From the NCBI GenBank assembly GCA_964016885.1, contig OZ024750.1, positions 26,722,001-26,786,000 on the forward strand: a DNA stretch of 64,000 bases, read 5' to 3'. This DNA comes from Eledone cirrhosa. Taxonomy: Eukaryota. A program made the position numbers and the translations under genes. Position 1 is the stretch's first letter. Each line of letters opens with the position of its first letter. Under the pieces are notes generated by a model, which searched no databases, had not been told where the DNA came from, and saw nothing but the letters and a program-made list of their open reading frames with translations. This document shows positions 42,078 through 54,950 of this stretch, piece after piece.

Positions 42078-42506
42078 TTATAGCCATGTGAGTAGAATGA
42101 ACACTTCATTCTTGCTCCTCTGTTGGCATGTGAACAGAACTGCAGACCCTAATGTTTCTGGGTACCACCCTTCATTAGTACAGCCGACTATTCTCTTGCA
42201 AAACCGTCAGAGCCAGTGAAAAGATATGCTATTTTCAAAAATACACAGTGACTCATAGGCCTCATTTGCATATTAGCAGACTGGCTGATATATACCAATA
42301 TATACACAACAAAGCCAGCAGTTCCATACCTCTTCGCTGTCTCCTCTCCCTCTCTCTATGTCCCTCTTTCAATCTACTCTCTTACAATTACTATCTATTT
42401 CTCTCTATCTTTCACTCTCTCTTGTGTGTGTTGGTGCAGGTGTGTGCGTGCATGTGTGTTGTATGTAAATATGATGTTTAATATAGAAATCTCATATATA
42501 TTTCAG

Positions 42507-42638
42507 AATGCCGAATAGGAAAGTTTGGTGTTAATTGTATAAATACATGCTATTGCATCAACAACACAAACTGTGACATCCTTAAGGGAACATGTTCAGA
42601 TGGATGTTCTGCAGGTCATACTGGTGACAATTGCCAAG
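42507..42638 (+). CDS. EGF-repeat exon 4
   Basis: tttcag|...|gtatat, 132 nt, phase 1-1; ECRIGKFGVNCINTCYCINNTNCDILKGTCSDGCSAGHTGDNCQ. Confidence 0.86.
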
Positions 42639-42789
42639 GTATATCATAAACTTGTTACATAATTACGATAATTACTATATACACACAGGCATATATATAT
42701 GTGTATTATGTGTTTGTGTGTGTGTGGGTGTGTTGCGGATGCGGGTGTGTATGTGCATGTGTTTGTGTGTGTGTGTGTTACACATATAT

Positions 42790-42896
42790 TGTAATGTGAC
42801 ATGCTATTGTATCAACAACAAATACTGTGATAAGCGAAATGGAACATGTTCATATGAATGTTCTGCAGATTATATTGGTGACAATTGCCCAGAAGG
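42790..42896 (+). pseudogene. Truncated EGF exon 5
   Basis: CNVTCYCINNKYCDKRNGTCSYECSADYIGDNCPE; the acceptor and first ~10 codons are missing and there is an extra G before the donor GT. Confidence 0.75.
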
Positions 42897-42903
42897 GTAT
42901 TTA

Positions 42904-42958
<55 letters not shown>

Positions 42959-42962
42959 AACT

Positions 42963-43019
<57 letters not shown>

Positions 43020-43025
43020 TTGCGT

Positions 43026-43060
<35 letters not shown>

Positions 43061-43253
43061 TGTGTTTGTGTGTTTGATGTTTAATATAGAAATCGCTTCT
43101 ACTGGACTAGAATAGTTTCATCCAAAGAAATCAGAGAGCAAGAATGAAGTGTTTGTTCATTCTACTGATATGGCTATAAAATTGAGGCCTGTTTACATAA
43201 TTGCAAACGAATCGAATGTTATTAATATCCGAAAACCTCAGATTACATTTATA

Positions 43254-43311
<58 letters not shown>

Positions 43312-43506
43312 GAATTAGTATATCTACCAACAAGAGCCTCAGTGTCACGTGATTGATTCTTTAGAATCTGCCATTTGACCAGAGGCAGCGAACTTTTTCA
43401 GTGCATGGAATCCAGTCCCCGCTAGCTGTTCCTTCCACCGAATTATTATTATTTTTATATGAGTCCCTAGTGTCCGCGCATTGCCTGGAGACTTAGCTGA
43501 GAATAG

Positions 43507-43588
43507 ACTCCCTGATGACGTAATGAATTATCGATGGTTATATTACGTAACTATCTTTATCCCATTACAGAAACTAATTAGTTGGAGT
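43507..43588 (+). ncRNA. Hammerhead ribozyme in a ~345 bp insert (43308-43652) within (TA)n
   Basis: ACTCC-CTGATGA-CGTAATG...CATTACA-GAAA-CTAATTA-GTT^GGAGT; stem III palindrome ACTAATTAGT. Confidence 0.8.
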
Positions 43589-43650
43589 GAACATTTTAGT
43601 AAGTAAGTTCATTTTTAAATTTTTTTAAAATATTCTTATTTTACGTCCTT

Positions 43651-43682
<32 letters not shown>

Positions 43683-43747
43683 CATCAGGAAACGTCTTTC
43701 CTGATGATTACGTTTGAATGAAATAGTTATAATAGTTCTAAATGTAA

Positions 43748-43778
<31 letters not shown>

Positions 43779-44437
43779 AAATTAAGATAATCAAAATTAT
43801 GGGTGTCATGCCAGAAATACATGCGCCATATCACCCGCAAAATAAGCTGTGAGATTTTCACGAATCGGTCCGAGCATTTTATAATAACTAGAAATTGATT
43901 CACATATAAATAAACATGAATAATCACAGGAGATAATGTTTACAAGTGTGTAACCATACATAGCTAGGTAGGTAACTAAATAAAGTTAACCAGAACTTCA
44001 AAAATAGATACCTTATAATATGATTAATCTTCCCAGTATATATTCCATTAAAGCAATATATTTCACCAATTAATCGAATGGTAAACCATGGAGGCCGGTA
44101 CTTGTATTTTCAACAAGGAAGAAGTCCAGCGATCTATGTTTACACTTCAAATCAGCGACTGGCCAGCAACACGTGCTGTATCTACTAGAAATACACACAT
44201 CATACCAGCTTCGTCACAGTGGCGTGAATAGGGTTATCGACAACTAGAAACAGCAGTTAAATCCTTTCAACAGAGTTAGCTCTACAATTAAGGAGCCGTA
44301 TTTATATATCTATATCCCAAATTAAGATAATAAAAATTATGGGTGTCTTGCCAGAAAGACATGCGCCATATCACCCGCAAAATAAGCTCTAAGATTCTAA
44401 CGAATAGGTCCGAGCATTTTATAATAACTAGAAATTG

Positions 44438-44480
<43 letters not shown>

Positions 44481-44765
44481 AGTAAGTATGTTTTGAAACA
44501 GTGAGCGAGTTTGAAATTAGAAAATATATAGCTTTCACCGTATTTTTGACTAAAGGAACTTTAGCTTGATAACGGGGTTTAGAACCCTCAGATAAATGGA
44601 AAAAGATGAGTATTGACGTAATCAAGCTAAAATTCCTTTAGTAAAAAATACGGTGAAAGCTATATATTTTCAAATTTCAAACTCGCTCACTGTTTCAAAA
44701 CATACTTACTTGCCATTTAAACTCGCTAAGAATGTAGTTTCTAATTTGAATGGAAAGAGATGGGT

Positions 44766-44836
44766 GATGTGTTGGTGTAATGGTAGCACAGTGGTCGCGA
44801 TAACCACAGATGTGGGTTCGACTCCCATGTACGTCA
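44766..44836 (+). other. tRNA-like cloverleaf (pseudo-tRNA or SINE head)
   Basis: Acceptor GATGTGT/GTACGTC, D arm GTGT/GCAC, anticodon arm GTGGT/ACCAC, T arm GTGGG-TTCGACT-CCCAT; loop CGCGATA lacks U33 and purine 37. Confidence 0.7.
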
Positions 44837-44922
44837 ATACTCATCTTTTTCCATTTATCTGAGGGTTCTAAACCCCGTTATCAAGCTAAAATTCCTTTCG
44901 TCAAAAATACGGTGAAAGCTAT

Positions 44923-44956
<34 letters not shown>

Positions 44957-44959
44957 TTA

Positions 44960-47075
44960 GGTTTGTTGGTTCACCACTGGATAGAACTGGTCATTCCGTA
45001 TGGTCAACCTCAATGTAATATTATGGTGAGCACTCGACGTAATGCAACTCAACTGTCTTCGTTTGTGTAGTTGCTGGTGCGATACGGAGTTAATTATTAT
45101 AGAATAACAGGAGGCTGGACTGGTGTAATTCCTTGAAAGGTTTATTATACTATGAACATTTCAATGACCGGGTTCAGTATGAATCCAATGACATCATCAG
45201 GTATTCAGAATATAACAGAGGAATATAATAGACAAAATCCATGGGGCTGAAAATCAGAGACAAGAGGACGACCGAACATTCAGGAGCTTCTACCCAATTG
45301 TTTCTATACAGATGAGAGACGTGTATTTACGCTTAAACAATCATTTTCGCCATGGTAGGAACAGCGGTTGTTATTATAACAGTATGGGATTAATGAATTC
45401 AAATATAGCGGTGTTATTACGCCAATGGTGATGTTTTTACCCTTAAGTGATCTGTTAAATTCATGTCCGGTGTTACTACGTTAGCATAGCACTTTGCATT
45501 ACTAATGATTTAGAATAGTAATACTTTTACAATTATGAGTGTGAATTTCAGCTGTTGAAAGATGTAGTGAACAATTAAGTGGATATAATAGACTTAAACA
45601 TGCTTAAGATCAATTATATCATATCATATATAAACGCAAGCCTCTCCGAGATATTACCATACCAAACACGTTAGAGGTGTAATATCTTAGACGGTTAACA
45701 TAAGACCATACGTTAGGAAGACCGTCTGTAGACGCATAGCTTAAAAAATACGCACTAGTGGGTATATTCATATATAAACATACGTACGCATGTGTTTGTA
45801 CATCCTCCAATGCATATACTCGTAAATATACGCAGATACATAGGATAGGTGTACATGCACACATGGTAATACGAGGTACCTAATTTAGTTAGTACCAGTC
45901 ATAAGACAGAAACCGGTATTCACACGCAGTAGTGCATTTTGATAGAATTCTTTATATTTTCGGAAATATTCTTTGTCCGACGATATCTTAAAGAAGGGGA
46001 AAATTGTGAATTTTCCCTTCCTGCATGATGCGAAGTGTTCACTTCATGTGGTGTTTCTGACAGTGGGATATCTAATTGATTTTTTGTGGACCCGAACCCT
46101 ATCATGTAGACCCGTTCTCAAATGTAGTATTCTTCAAGTTGTGGGCAGGTCACACAATAAATTAAGGTTTTTGTTTTGCAATTCACGCTTGCCTTAAATT
46201 TGAAAATGTCATTGATTGAAAAGGAGATTTGCCCTCTCTCTTCAATGAATGAACAAGTTCCGTATCAAGGGTTCCCGCATTTCTTAACTTGCATTGATTC
46301 ATTGTCAGACGTAAATTTCGCCTTAATAAACAGTATTTTTAAAGTTAGGTGCTTGGCGTCTACTATATAGTATTTGTGAGTCTTTTATGTGTGCTTTCAT
46401 TTTGGAGGACTGCTTGAGAATCGGGAGATATTGTTTAGCGTCTTTCATGATGTTGAAGTTCCATGGATTGTAAGTGACGATAAAAGGGATAACTGCTTTT
46501 TCCCTTTTATTTTGTAGGTTTGTTTTTCTTAGTTTTGCCACTGGGCTATTCTGGGCCTTGGAGATGGCCGTATTGATGAAGATCACCGGATAGTCTATTA
46601 AGGAGCTCTTTTAGTTCATATAATCCTTTTTCCTATAGTGTGGTTTGTGTTACTATGGTGCAAATGCGTTTTGTCATATTAAAGGGAATGTACCTTTTGG
46701 TATGTGAGTGGTGTGCTGACCGGAAATTCAAGTACTGGTCTGTGTCTGTTCGTTTGTAAAATAGGTCTGTTTTTATATTTTCCCCATCTTTAATGATAGT
46801 GATATCCCAAAACGGTCGTTCCCTTTTGTTTCAATCCATGGTAAAATGTCTTGCTTCGTGAAGCCTGTTTATGATGGAATGGAATCTTTGTAGGTCTCCT
46901 TGGCTTCTATTAAAAAAGATGAAGCAGTCGTCTAGGTAACATTTCCAGTTGTTATTAATGTAGGTGGCAAAGTCGTGACTGAAAGCTTCTTGCAGCTGGG
47001 AATATAATTTTACCTCTAGGTCACCCAAGACGAGTGTTGCATATGTTGGCGCTACTTTTGTGGCCATGGCTGTTT
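44960..47075 (-). mobile_element. 5'-truncated Penelope-like element (Neptune-like by recalled motifs)
   Basis: TAMATKVAPTYATLVLG, WKCYLDDCF, TDQYLNF.S.H, IPF.M..RICTI, IPFIVTYNP, SRRQAPN; frameshifted; hammerhead downstream. Confidence 0.82.
45147..45204 (-). ncRNA. Hammerhead ribozyme in the PLE 3' repeat
   Basis: ATAC-CTGATGA-TGTCATTGGATTCA(TAC)TGAACCCGGTCATT-GAAA-TGTTC-ATA^GTAT. Confidence 0.68.
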
Positions 47076-47146
47076 CTTTTGTGTATGTATGTATATATAT
47101 ATTCCTGCGATTGTCTATTTTTTCTTTTTTGTTTTCTGTTATTTCG

Positions 47147-47190
<44 letters not shown>

Positions 47191-47909
47191 TTACCTTTGA
47201 ACAGTATTACAAGGACTATATCCCGGTTATATGCCAATTGTGTTGATCCCATTTCTGTTACTTGTATCTGTGATTGCAGTGATCATTTACAGGTATGTGA
47301 TTTCTTGTATCAATACAATTATTAGAAGTAATTGGTGAATTTCAATCTCTCTGATGTTTAGATTTAGAATCAATAAAATTGTATTTTTCTTTTATATTTG
47401 TATATTGTGTAATTGACCTCCGTATGTTTCAGCGATGAGTTTTCAATATGAAAACTTATTTTCCCAGTTAGGTTGTTCGGTGAATATTTATGACCACGTA
47501 TAATATTAAATGTACTAATTGCAGTCGTTTGACAAATTATTGCCTCATAATTTGACCAGGACATTTAAAAAATGTCTTTTTCACACAAACATAGTAATTG
47601 TGTTTGATAGGCTAAAAGAAGCTTTGCCTTGATGTTATTTGAATAGAGATACATCAGGCATAAAGTTGGAAACTGTAAAGTATTACATCTAGTTCTCAAT
47701 ATTATGAATCTCCTATATATTTCATATGAGTATTTTATTGTTTTGACTAGAAATATTTTGATTAGCTAATTTCATTTTCTATAGCCCAAGCAATATCAAG
47801 TTTATTTTTTATACCGTTACAAGTACAAAATGTCACGAGTCATAGGCATACTTATTGAAACAATTCATAATTTAGTCTAATATCTTAGAATCTTTTGAAA
47901 ATATCCTTA

Positions 47910-49061
47910 AAAAATACTCGTACGAATTAAATACAAAATTTTCAGTCGAAAACAAAAGCAAATTATTTCAAATTATATAATTTTGAAAAATAGACGTGAA
48001 TGTTCTGAAAGATTTGATCACAGTCCAAAAATCTTTTTTTAAATTTTTATTCTATATTTTACTGTTAGCTGTTGCCATATTTTGAGTGGATAGACAATTC
48101 TACAATTCAAACTGTAAAGTCAAAATACAAAAGATACAGAATGTGAAGGATTTCTTACCTTTCACAAACTCAAGGGAAAAATAGTACCTTGCAAAATAAA
48201 GTGCTTCGATCACAAACTTAGTTGCAAAGAATAAATTGAGATGCTTGGTGACAGTGAGCAAGAAAATTCTGTATCCCTTATATATATATATATATACATA
48301 GATAGATACACACACACATGCAAGCACACACACACACGCGCGCGCGCGCGCACACACTCAAATATGTGTGTGTGTGTGTGTGTGTGCCTTGTTTTTGGTA
48401 CAGAAAGAATGTTGTCTCCAGTTTATATTGCCGTATTGCCGGGACAAAGGCCACTGTTCTGTTCAACAACGTAAAATAACAACGCCATACAGACACGTAT
48501 ATATATATATATATTTATATATATGTAAGTATGTATGTATGTATATGTACATATATATGTATACAGAGTACAGTAGTATGTATATATATCCATACATGCA
48601 CACATATATATATATGCACGTATCGGTTTTCCGACTATTTATTATAATGCTCGGTGTGTTTGTTTGTAAACAAACAAACATCCCGAATTACGCCGTACAG
48701 TGTTTAGGCAACCACGTCACCTTTTTGTTCAACACTGACACAGGAACGATGACCTAGTTTCAAGCTTATTAGCTATCGTCAGCATCGTATACCTTCCTGC
48801 CAGATGGTTGAACGTCTGAAAGTATATACTTCCCTTATGCATATTAACGGCTGAGCAGCCTAATTTCCATATCGAGTGAGTTCAGTCGGCCGGGCGCACC
48901 GAAAACGATAAATGGAATAGAATGAAACGTTTCAGCGCTCCAAAAGCTTCAAACGCCCCCTAACCACCCTTGCTCCCTAACGACCCCTTGCTCCCAAACA
49001 CCCCTCCTGGAGCTCCGAAACTCCCCCGGGAGTTCATATGCCTCCCGTTGAGAATCTTTTG
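47910..49061 (+). mobile_element. hAT-like non-autonomous element, second copy with right TIR
   Basis: 47910-48490 aligns to 20490-21070; ends GTTGAGAATCTTTTG. Confidence 0.6.
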
Positions 49062-50388
49062 GTTTAGACAGATAGCATATTGTATTGTATAATAAAAATC
49101 ATCGATTTAGCTGAAGATCAAACAATTCCAATGGGGATGTAATTGTTTAAAACTAACGCAGGATAAACAGATAATTTGAGCACAATTCAAGGACACATAT
49201 TTTAGGGCGAGCTATATGTAAATATATCAAGCTCACTACTCATAGAAAGTTTGTCAGGGACGAAAGAATGTAAGTCAAGTTTCTACTGAATGAGGTATAA
49301 ACTGTGTATGTGAAAGGATATATGTCATTACAACATGTCATTAAGAAAAGCTCGCTATCGCCTCTGCTAACCAAAACCTTTCGGAAATTAAATAATATCC
49401 TAATTATGAAGAAACCAAATGTAATATTCTATTATAGCTTTTCACTACTGCATTAGTCCATCTCAAACCCATCTTAAGATAATTTCCTGTTTAATAACTG
49501 TATAATTTACTGGAGTTGTGGTTTACTAATTATATCACTTTTCTGTTGTTGTTTAGGTCAGTCATAACTAAGGACACCAGTCATCAAAAACATTTCAGTC
49601 ATCACCATATTAACATTTAGGTGCCTTACGAACAACATTATGTGTTTTTGACTGCTTTATCTAGCGGTTCGAACGGCTATAAAGAAAGTGTCCGTTCCCC
49701 ACTTTTAATAAATATGTTAACCATTCAAATAACTTTCTAACAAATAAATACGCAGAACCAATTAGATATACCCAGATCTCAGACATTTGTATCTGTCAGG
49801 TTTTGACTCATACAAGACACTCAAATACATTTACCTCATGCATTATCCTTATTCAATAGATCATGTTATAGACATTATCTCTATAACTATATATTTCCCA
49901 AACCCAGTTAAAATAAAATTTAAAATATGGGATAACACTCAATCTGATGAAGTCTCAGCTAAGTAACATCAAATATATTATCCAGAAATCTAATTATATA
50001 AGAAGATTAACAATTTTTTAAACAGTTACCAATTTGAATCAGTACTGATATATATACGTAAGGCATATTGCCTATAAGAAATATGACTTACATGGCCACG
50101 ATAATATAAACTAGCATGACATATGTATTGAGAAACCGAACCGATTTGCAATACAAGACTTTTACTTATTCTATCGACTATTCAGTAGCGGTGAAAATCA
50201 CATTCGTATCAGAACATAAATGAGTGAAAATAAATGACACAAGAACATATTTTATATTGGTTAAAATAATTATCTTACCTAGGTTAATTGTTTCAATTAT
50301 ATAAGAATGGAGGAATTAGATTGTTCGATGAGAATATCTCTCTGGGAATTATTAATGATACCAGAAGTTGTCTTCGGTTAGAAATAAA

Positions 50389-50563
50389 TAATTGTTTCTA
50401 CCTTTGGCACAAGGCCAGCAATTACCTAGTGCATTACTGTCACTTTATTTTATCGACTCCGTAAGTACGAAAGGCAAAGTTAACCCCAGCGGGATTTGAA
50501 CACAGATCATAAAGAGCCGTAACTCTTTGCTGCAAACATGGCGTCCGACCCTCTACCGATAAT
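50389..50563 (-). mobile_element. SINE family A
   Basis: Reverse-complement match to 29094-29280. Confidence 0.87.
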
Positions 50564-51518
50564 GTGTTATAAATATGACTGAATATGAGATTGTGATCAA
50601 GTCGTCATTCCCTCGTCAATTATTTTTATTTTGTTAAGTACAATGTTATTTAATAATTTTTAAATTTCCTTTTGCTGTAATAAAATTAATAATTAATTTG
50701 TAATTTAAATGTAACATGTTTTTTTGTTTTTTTGTCTTAACCTGAAAAACATAGTTCTCAACACTATATTCTAGTTCTCACTTTTACCACTCAATTGTTT
50801 AAAATATAGCTATTTTCGCCGGGATAAACACAACAAAACAGACATAGGTATCGACAGCAGAAAAGACAGTAGAAAATCCATTAGAAAAAAACAAAGTATA
50901 AGACAAATCAAAAGATAGCGGATATGGCAGAGGAGAAAAATCTGGAAAGAAGGGAAATTAGACAACCTAAAAGATATTTCTAAAGATACAGGTGATTTGA
51001 TTGTTTTATTAACTGTTGAATGACTATACTTAGTTTAATAAAACTATAATATTCTCGAAAACCAAAGAAATCTTTTTATTACAGTCTCTGTTATGTGACT
51101 TTTACTCATATTATGTTTTCCCTAAATGTCATGAATTTACGTAGATAAGACCTGTAGATGATAAGGATATCCACCGAGCGAATTCCAGAGGAATCTATAT
51201 ACTGGAGGAAACCAACTGTATGTTGTGATTTATGTGGACACTAAGGTGGAGGACGACACGCATGTTCTTTTAAAAATCCTCTAAATTTGTATTCTGTGGC
51301 GTGATATTGCTAGACTTAAATCAAATCATCAATACACGCAATATGAAAGATCAGCAAGGAACAGAAATTTTAACTTACATGAGGAAACCGGAATTTCGTA
51401 GTGAACTGCCGGAAGTATAAATTTAAATAAATACACACACACACTCACACACTCACGCACACATACACACATACTCACACTCACGCAGACGCATATATAT
51501 ATATATATATATATATAT

Positions 51519-51899
51519 CACCTTGATCGACCAGTCTGTCGGGCACCATTCGGCGCCGCTGGTCACAGCACGTGCTGTTTTAGCCATATGATGACGCCAA
51601 CTGGGCGGGCAGGCCGTAAGTCTAAAGTCTGTCTTAAGCCAGAGGGATTATCTGGCCGGTGTTTATCCCGGCTTCATGGCGTGAAGCGACTGAGAGCACA
51701 AGACTCCCCCTGGACAGGACGCCAGTCCATCGCAGGGTTAAAGCACCGGTTATTGCTGGTACACATTTTCAGCTGAGTAAACTGGAGCATCGTGAAATAA
51801 AGTGTCTTGCTCAAGGAAACAACACATCAGCCGGCCCGAGTATTGAACTCACAACCTTTCGATTGCAAGCCTATTGCTCTAACCACTAAGCCATGCGCC

Positions 51900-51900
<1 letters not shown>
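51519..51900 (-). mobile_element. tRNA-derived SINE, family D (~380 bp)
   Basis: Minus strand GGCGCATGGCTTAGTGGTTAGAGC...GAGTTCAATAC, then CCTTGAGCAAGACACTT and CCTGCGATGGACTGGCGTCCTGTCCAGGGG, resembling conserved SINE core domains. Confidence 0.8.
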
Positions 51901-51981
<81 letters not shown>

Positions 51982-52220
51982 CATATTTATATATACATAT
52001 TTATATATATATATACACATACATATATATACACATACTTATATATATATATACATATATATATATATACATATATATATACATATATATATATACATAT
52101 ATATATACATATATATATATACATATATATATATACATATATATATATACATATATATATATACATATATATATATACATATATATATATACATATATAT
52201 ATATACATATATATATATAC

Positions 52221-52278
<58 letters not shown>

Positions 52279-52279
<1 letters not shown>

Positions 52280-52331
52280 AGATTCCTGATGATTTCTAAA
52301 GAATGAAACAGTTATAGTCCTGCAGAATCTC
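52279..52331 (+). ncRNA. Hammerhead motif with mutated cleavage triplet
   Basis: GAGATTC-CTGATGA-TTTC(TAAA)GAAT-GAAA-CAG...CT-GCA-GAATCTC; the inverted partial copy at 52486-52525 has GTA. Confidence 0.65.
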
Positions 52332-52407
52332 ATCTATATTAAAATGTTATACTCTGGTATGTATTGAGTACCTTACTGTGGTTACCTCCGATTCAACCCG
52401 GAATAGC

Positions 52408-52471
<64 letters not shown>

Positions 52472-52830
52472 GTTTTAATATAGTTGAGATTCTACAGGAC
52501 TAGAACTGTTTCATTCTTTAGAAATATATAGATCACTTATATATATATAAGTGATCATATATATATATATATATATATATATGATCACTTGACTACCTGG
52601 TTGAGCTTGTTTTGTTTGGGAAGTCTGAATTTCATGATGGGTGCATTTCGATATATTGGGTCCTACATCTATCTCCCACACACTGTTGATATGAAATATC
52701 CATCTGCACAGTGGTATAGCACAGCTATATTTATGTGTATCTATATCTCTTCAAATAATAAACGCAACACATATATCTCGGTGTATTTATTTAGCTGCAG
52801 TTCATCTATCCATTTTCTAACTATCTATCT

Positions 52831-53410
52831 TTCCTTGAAAGGTCGAGCGGAGGTGGCGAACACTTACATAGCGAATTTCTGTTTTCCTCTGTATAGTGGC
52901 TATGGTAAAAGAGGTTATATGGTGGACAAGATGGAGAGGGCTGAGGACAGATGCCTTTCACTCCGGACAACTCATTCCCTTCTTTAGGTACCACTTTGGA
53001 AGGAAAATCAGAGTGGAGGGAGAGGCACTGCACCACAGTAAATTTACTGGAATGTGGGTGAATGAAGCAAATGTGGCCCGAGAGATTGGGCCTTCTCTGT
53101 ATATAAACCTTTAGGTTGAAGAAGAGAGCAAAAGAAAGAATGGAGCACTTGCACAACACGCTCCTGGAGTTGAGGGTTGTTCAATCTACGGGGTATAAAA
53201 CAATACATTTGTAACACCTACCCCCTTTTGAGGATTTTAATTGTTGAATTTGTGAATTTTTTTGTTAAATTTTTTTTTACGCTTTTGTATTTAAAATCCC
53301 CGGCATATGTCCTTGTATTGTTCCCTTTTCTTGTGCGCCCTTGTGGCAAATAAAGAAATCTATCTATCTATCTATCTACCTATCTATCTACCTATGTACC
53401 TATCTATCTA
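52831..53410 (+). mobile_element. Short internally deleted Tx1 copy
   Basis: 52832-52873 matches 25680-25721, then 52881-53360 matches 26518-26990; CTATCTATCT upstream and (ATCT)n tail downstream. Confidence 0.9.
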
Positions 53411-54876
53411 TATGTCTGTTCTGTTAGTCCGTACATCCGTCCAATCGTCCATCGATCCAACCCGAATTTTTAGTGTATTGTTTATTGTCAATTACGTGCG
53501 TTGACGCTGTTAAATGAAATTTACGTAAATTCAAAAAAACTGCAAGGCACACAATGGACCGATTAATCTTATGTCCACTAATAAATGCAGAAATATCTTA
53601 TATCTTTACTGTTTTTTAAAAAGTAGGAAATATTGCTCGAGAGACTACAATAGGCACGGCTAACTAAAACAACATTATTTTATAATCTTCTCTACGTACG
53701 CTCACCTCTCAATTTCATTTCCTTCTCTACATTTCTTTTAACTCTCACTTTCGCTCTTTCTTTTTTTCTGACCCATCTCTTCTTTCTTAACATCACGCCC
53801 TCTCTTAGTTTTTGAGTGACTACTTCATTGGTTGTCTTGCAAACGTGTAACTAACTACTTAGAATAAGCATGACATCTTCAGCTACATCTTTATATATCT
53901 GTTACTAAATCATATAAGAGAGACGAAATGTGGTTCGAGATTAGTGAGATAAGATCTCTTGTGTTGGTACCATTTAAAATAGTATAACTGTTTATACATT
54001 TTTGTGGGTTGCTCAGATGTCTAGCCACCCTATATAAGACCCGAATGTTATTGAACATGATTGAACATTTTTGGACAAAGTTTTCAGTATGAGATTAACA
54101 TGATAGCTTGCCGTGTTCCTTTCAGGATCATCTTCTACTTCCACTGACTTCATAGTTCCACTGACTTTCAAGGAGGGCAAAGATAAAATATCTCCCATTG
54201 GCAACTTTTAGCTAGACAAAGCAGAACTATACAATGTACGTCAACTTTTGGAAGACTATATTTTCTTTTAATCATTACAGGCTTTCGATAGAAGAATGTA
54301 GGCGACTACAGTTTTCCGGCTGGATCAGCTACAGATATCAAAGGAAGAGTTACTTGCAACTCTAATGTGTCACATTTCTTTTTCTATATTTATAATATTA
54401 ATAATGGAAACTATCAATATTTCAAATTCATTAAACAATAAAAAAAGTATAATGTGGGTTTAAGTTGAACCTTGTAGAGTGTTAGAAATTGAGTGGGATT
54501 CATGTATTTTCTGGCTCTATATATGGAATTTAATGTGTGTGAAACAATTTATTCCTGTGTTATTTCATAGGTTTCATCAGATGTTCCAATATTTGTATCA
54601 ATGTTGAAAGTCTTAAGTGTATGTTAATCATAATTAGAGAGTACAATGTACAACATTATGTAACAGATGTATGTAGTGACAGAATTGTTTTTTTGGGGGA
54701 GAACGTTATCCTCTTCATATTGACAGATGTTCCCAAAACCATGGATTCACTTTATGTTGGTGTGAATTAATGGTATTGCGTACAAGTGACACATGTATGT
54801 GACAATCTAAGCAGGAGTAAAGTGTAGCAAATTTTGAGTTGCAGATTCCCTCATTAGAGGCAATAACAATGTAGAG

Positions 54877-54950
54877 CAAAGGTTCTCAACTGGGGGCATA
54901 TGACCCCGGGGGCGTTTGGGAGCTCCAGGGAAGGGGGGTGTTAGGGGGAG
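54877..54950 (-). mobile_element. hAT-like element terminus (inverted right end)
   Basis: CAAAGGTTCTCAACTGGGGGCATATGACCCC...GGAGCTCCAGG is the reverse complement of 49005-49061. Confidence 0.6.

Noticed and set aside
44766-44836. Functional tRNA-Ser(CGA)
   Set aside because: It has no U33, no purine 37 and no long variable arm, and it is embedded in a repeat.
49944-49975. CTGATGA as another hammerhead
   Set aside because: No stem II followed by GAAA and NUH could be built.
54000-54860. Host exons or ORF 54013-54204
   Set aside because: The minus strand has a faint CR1/Jockey-like motif (YRARKYMNPTQFLTLYKVQLKPTL), so it is more likely an old LINE relic, too weak to call.
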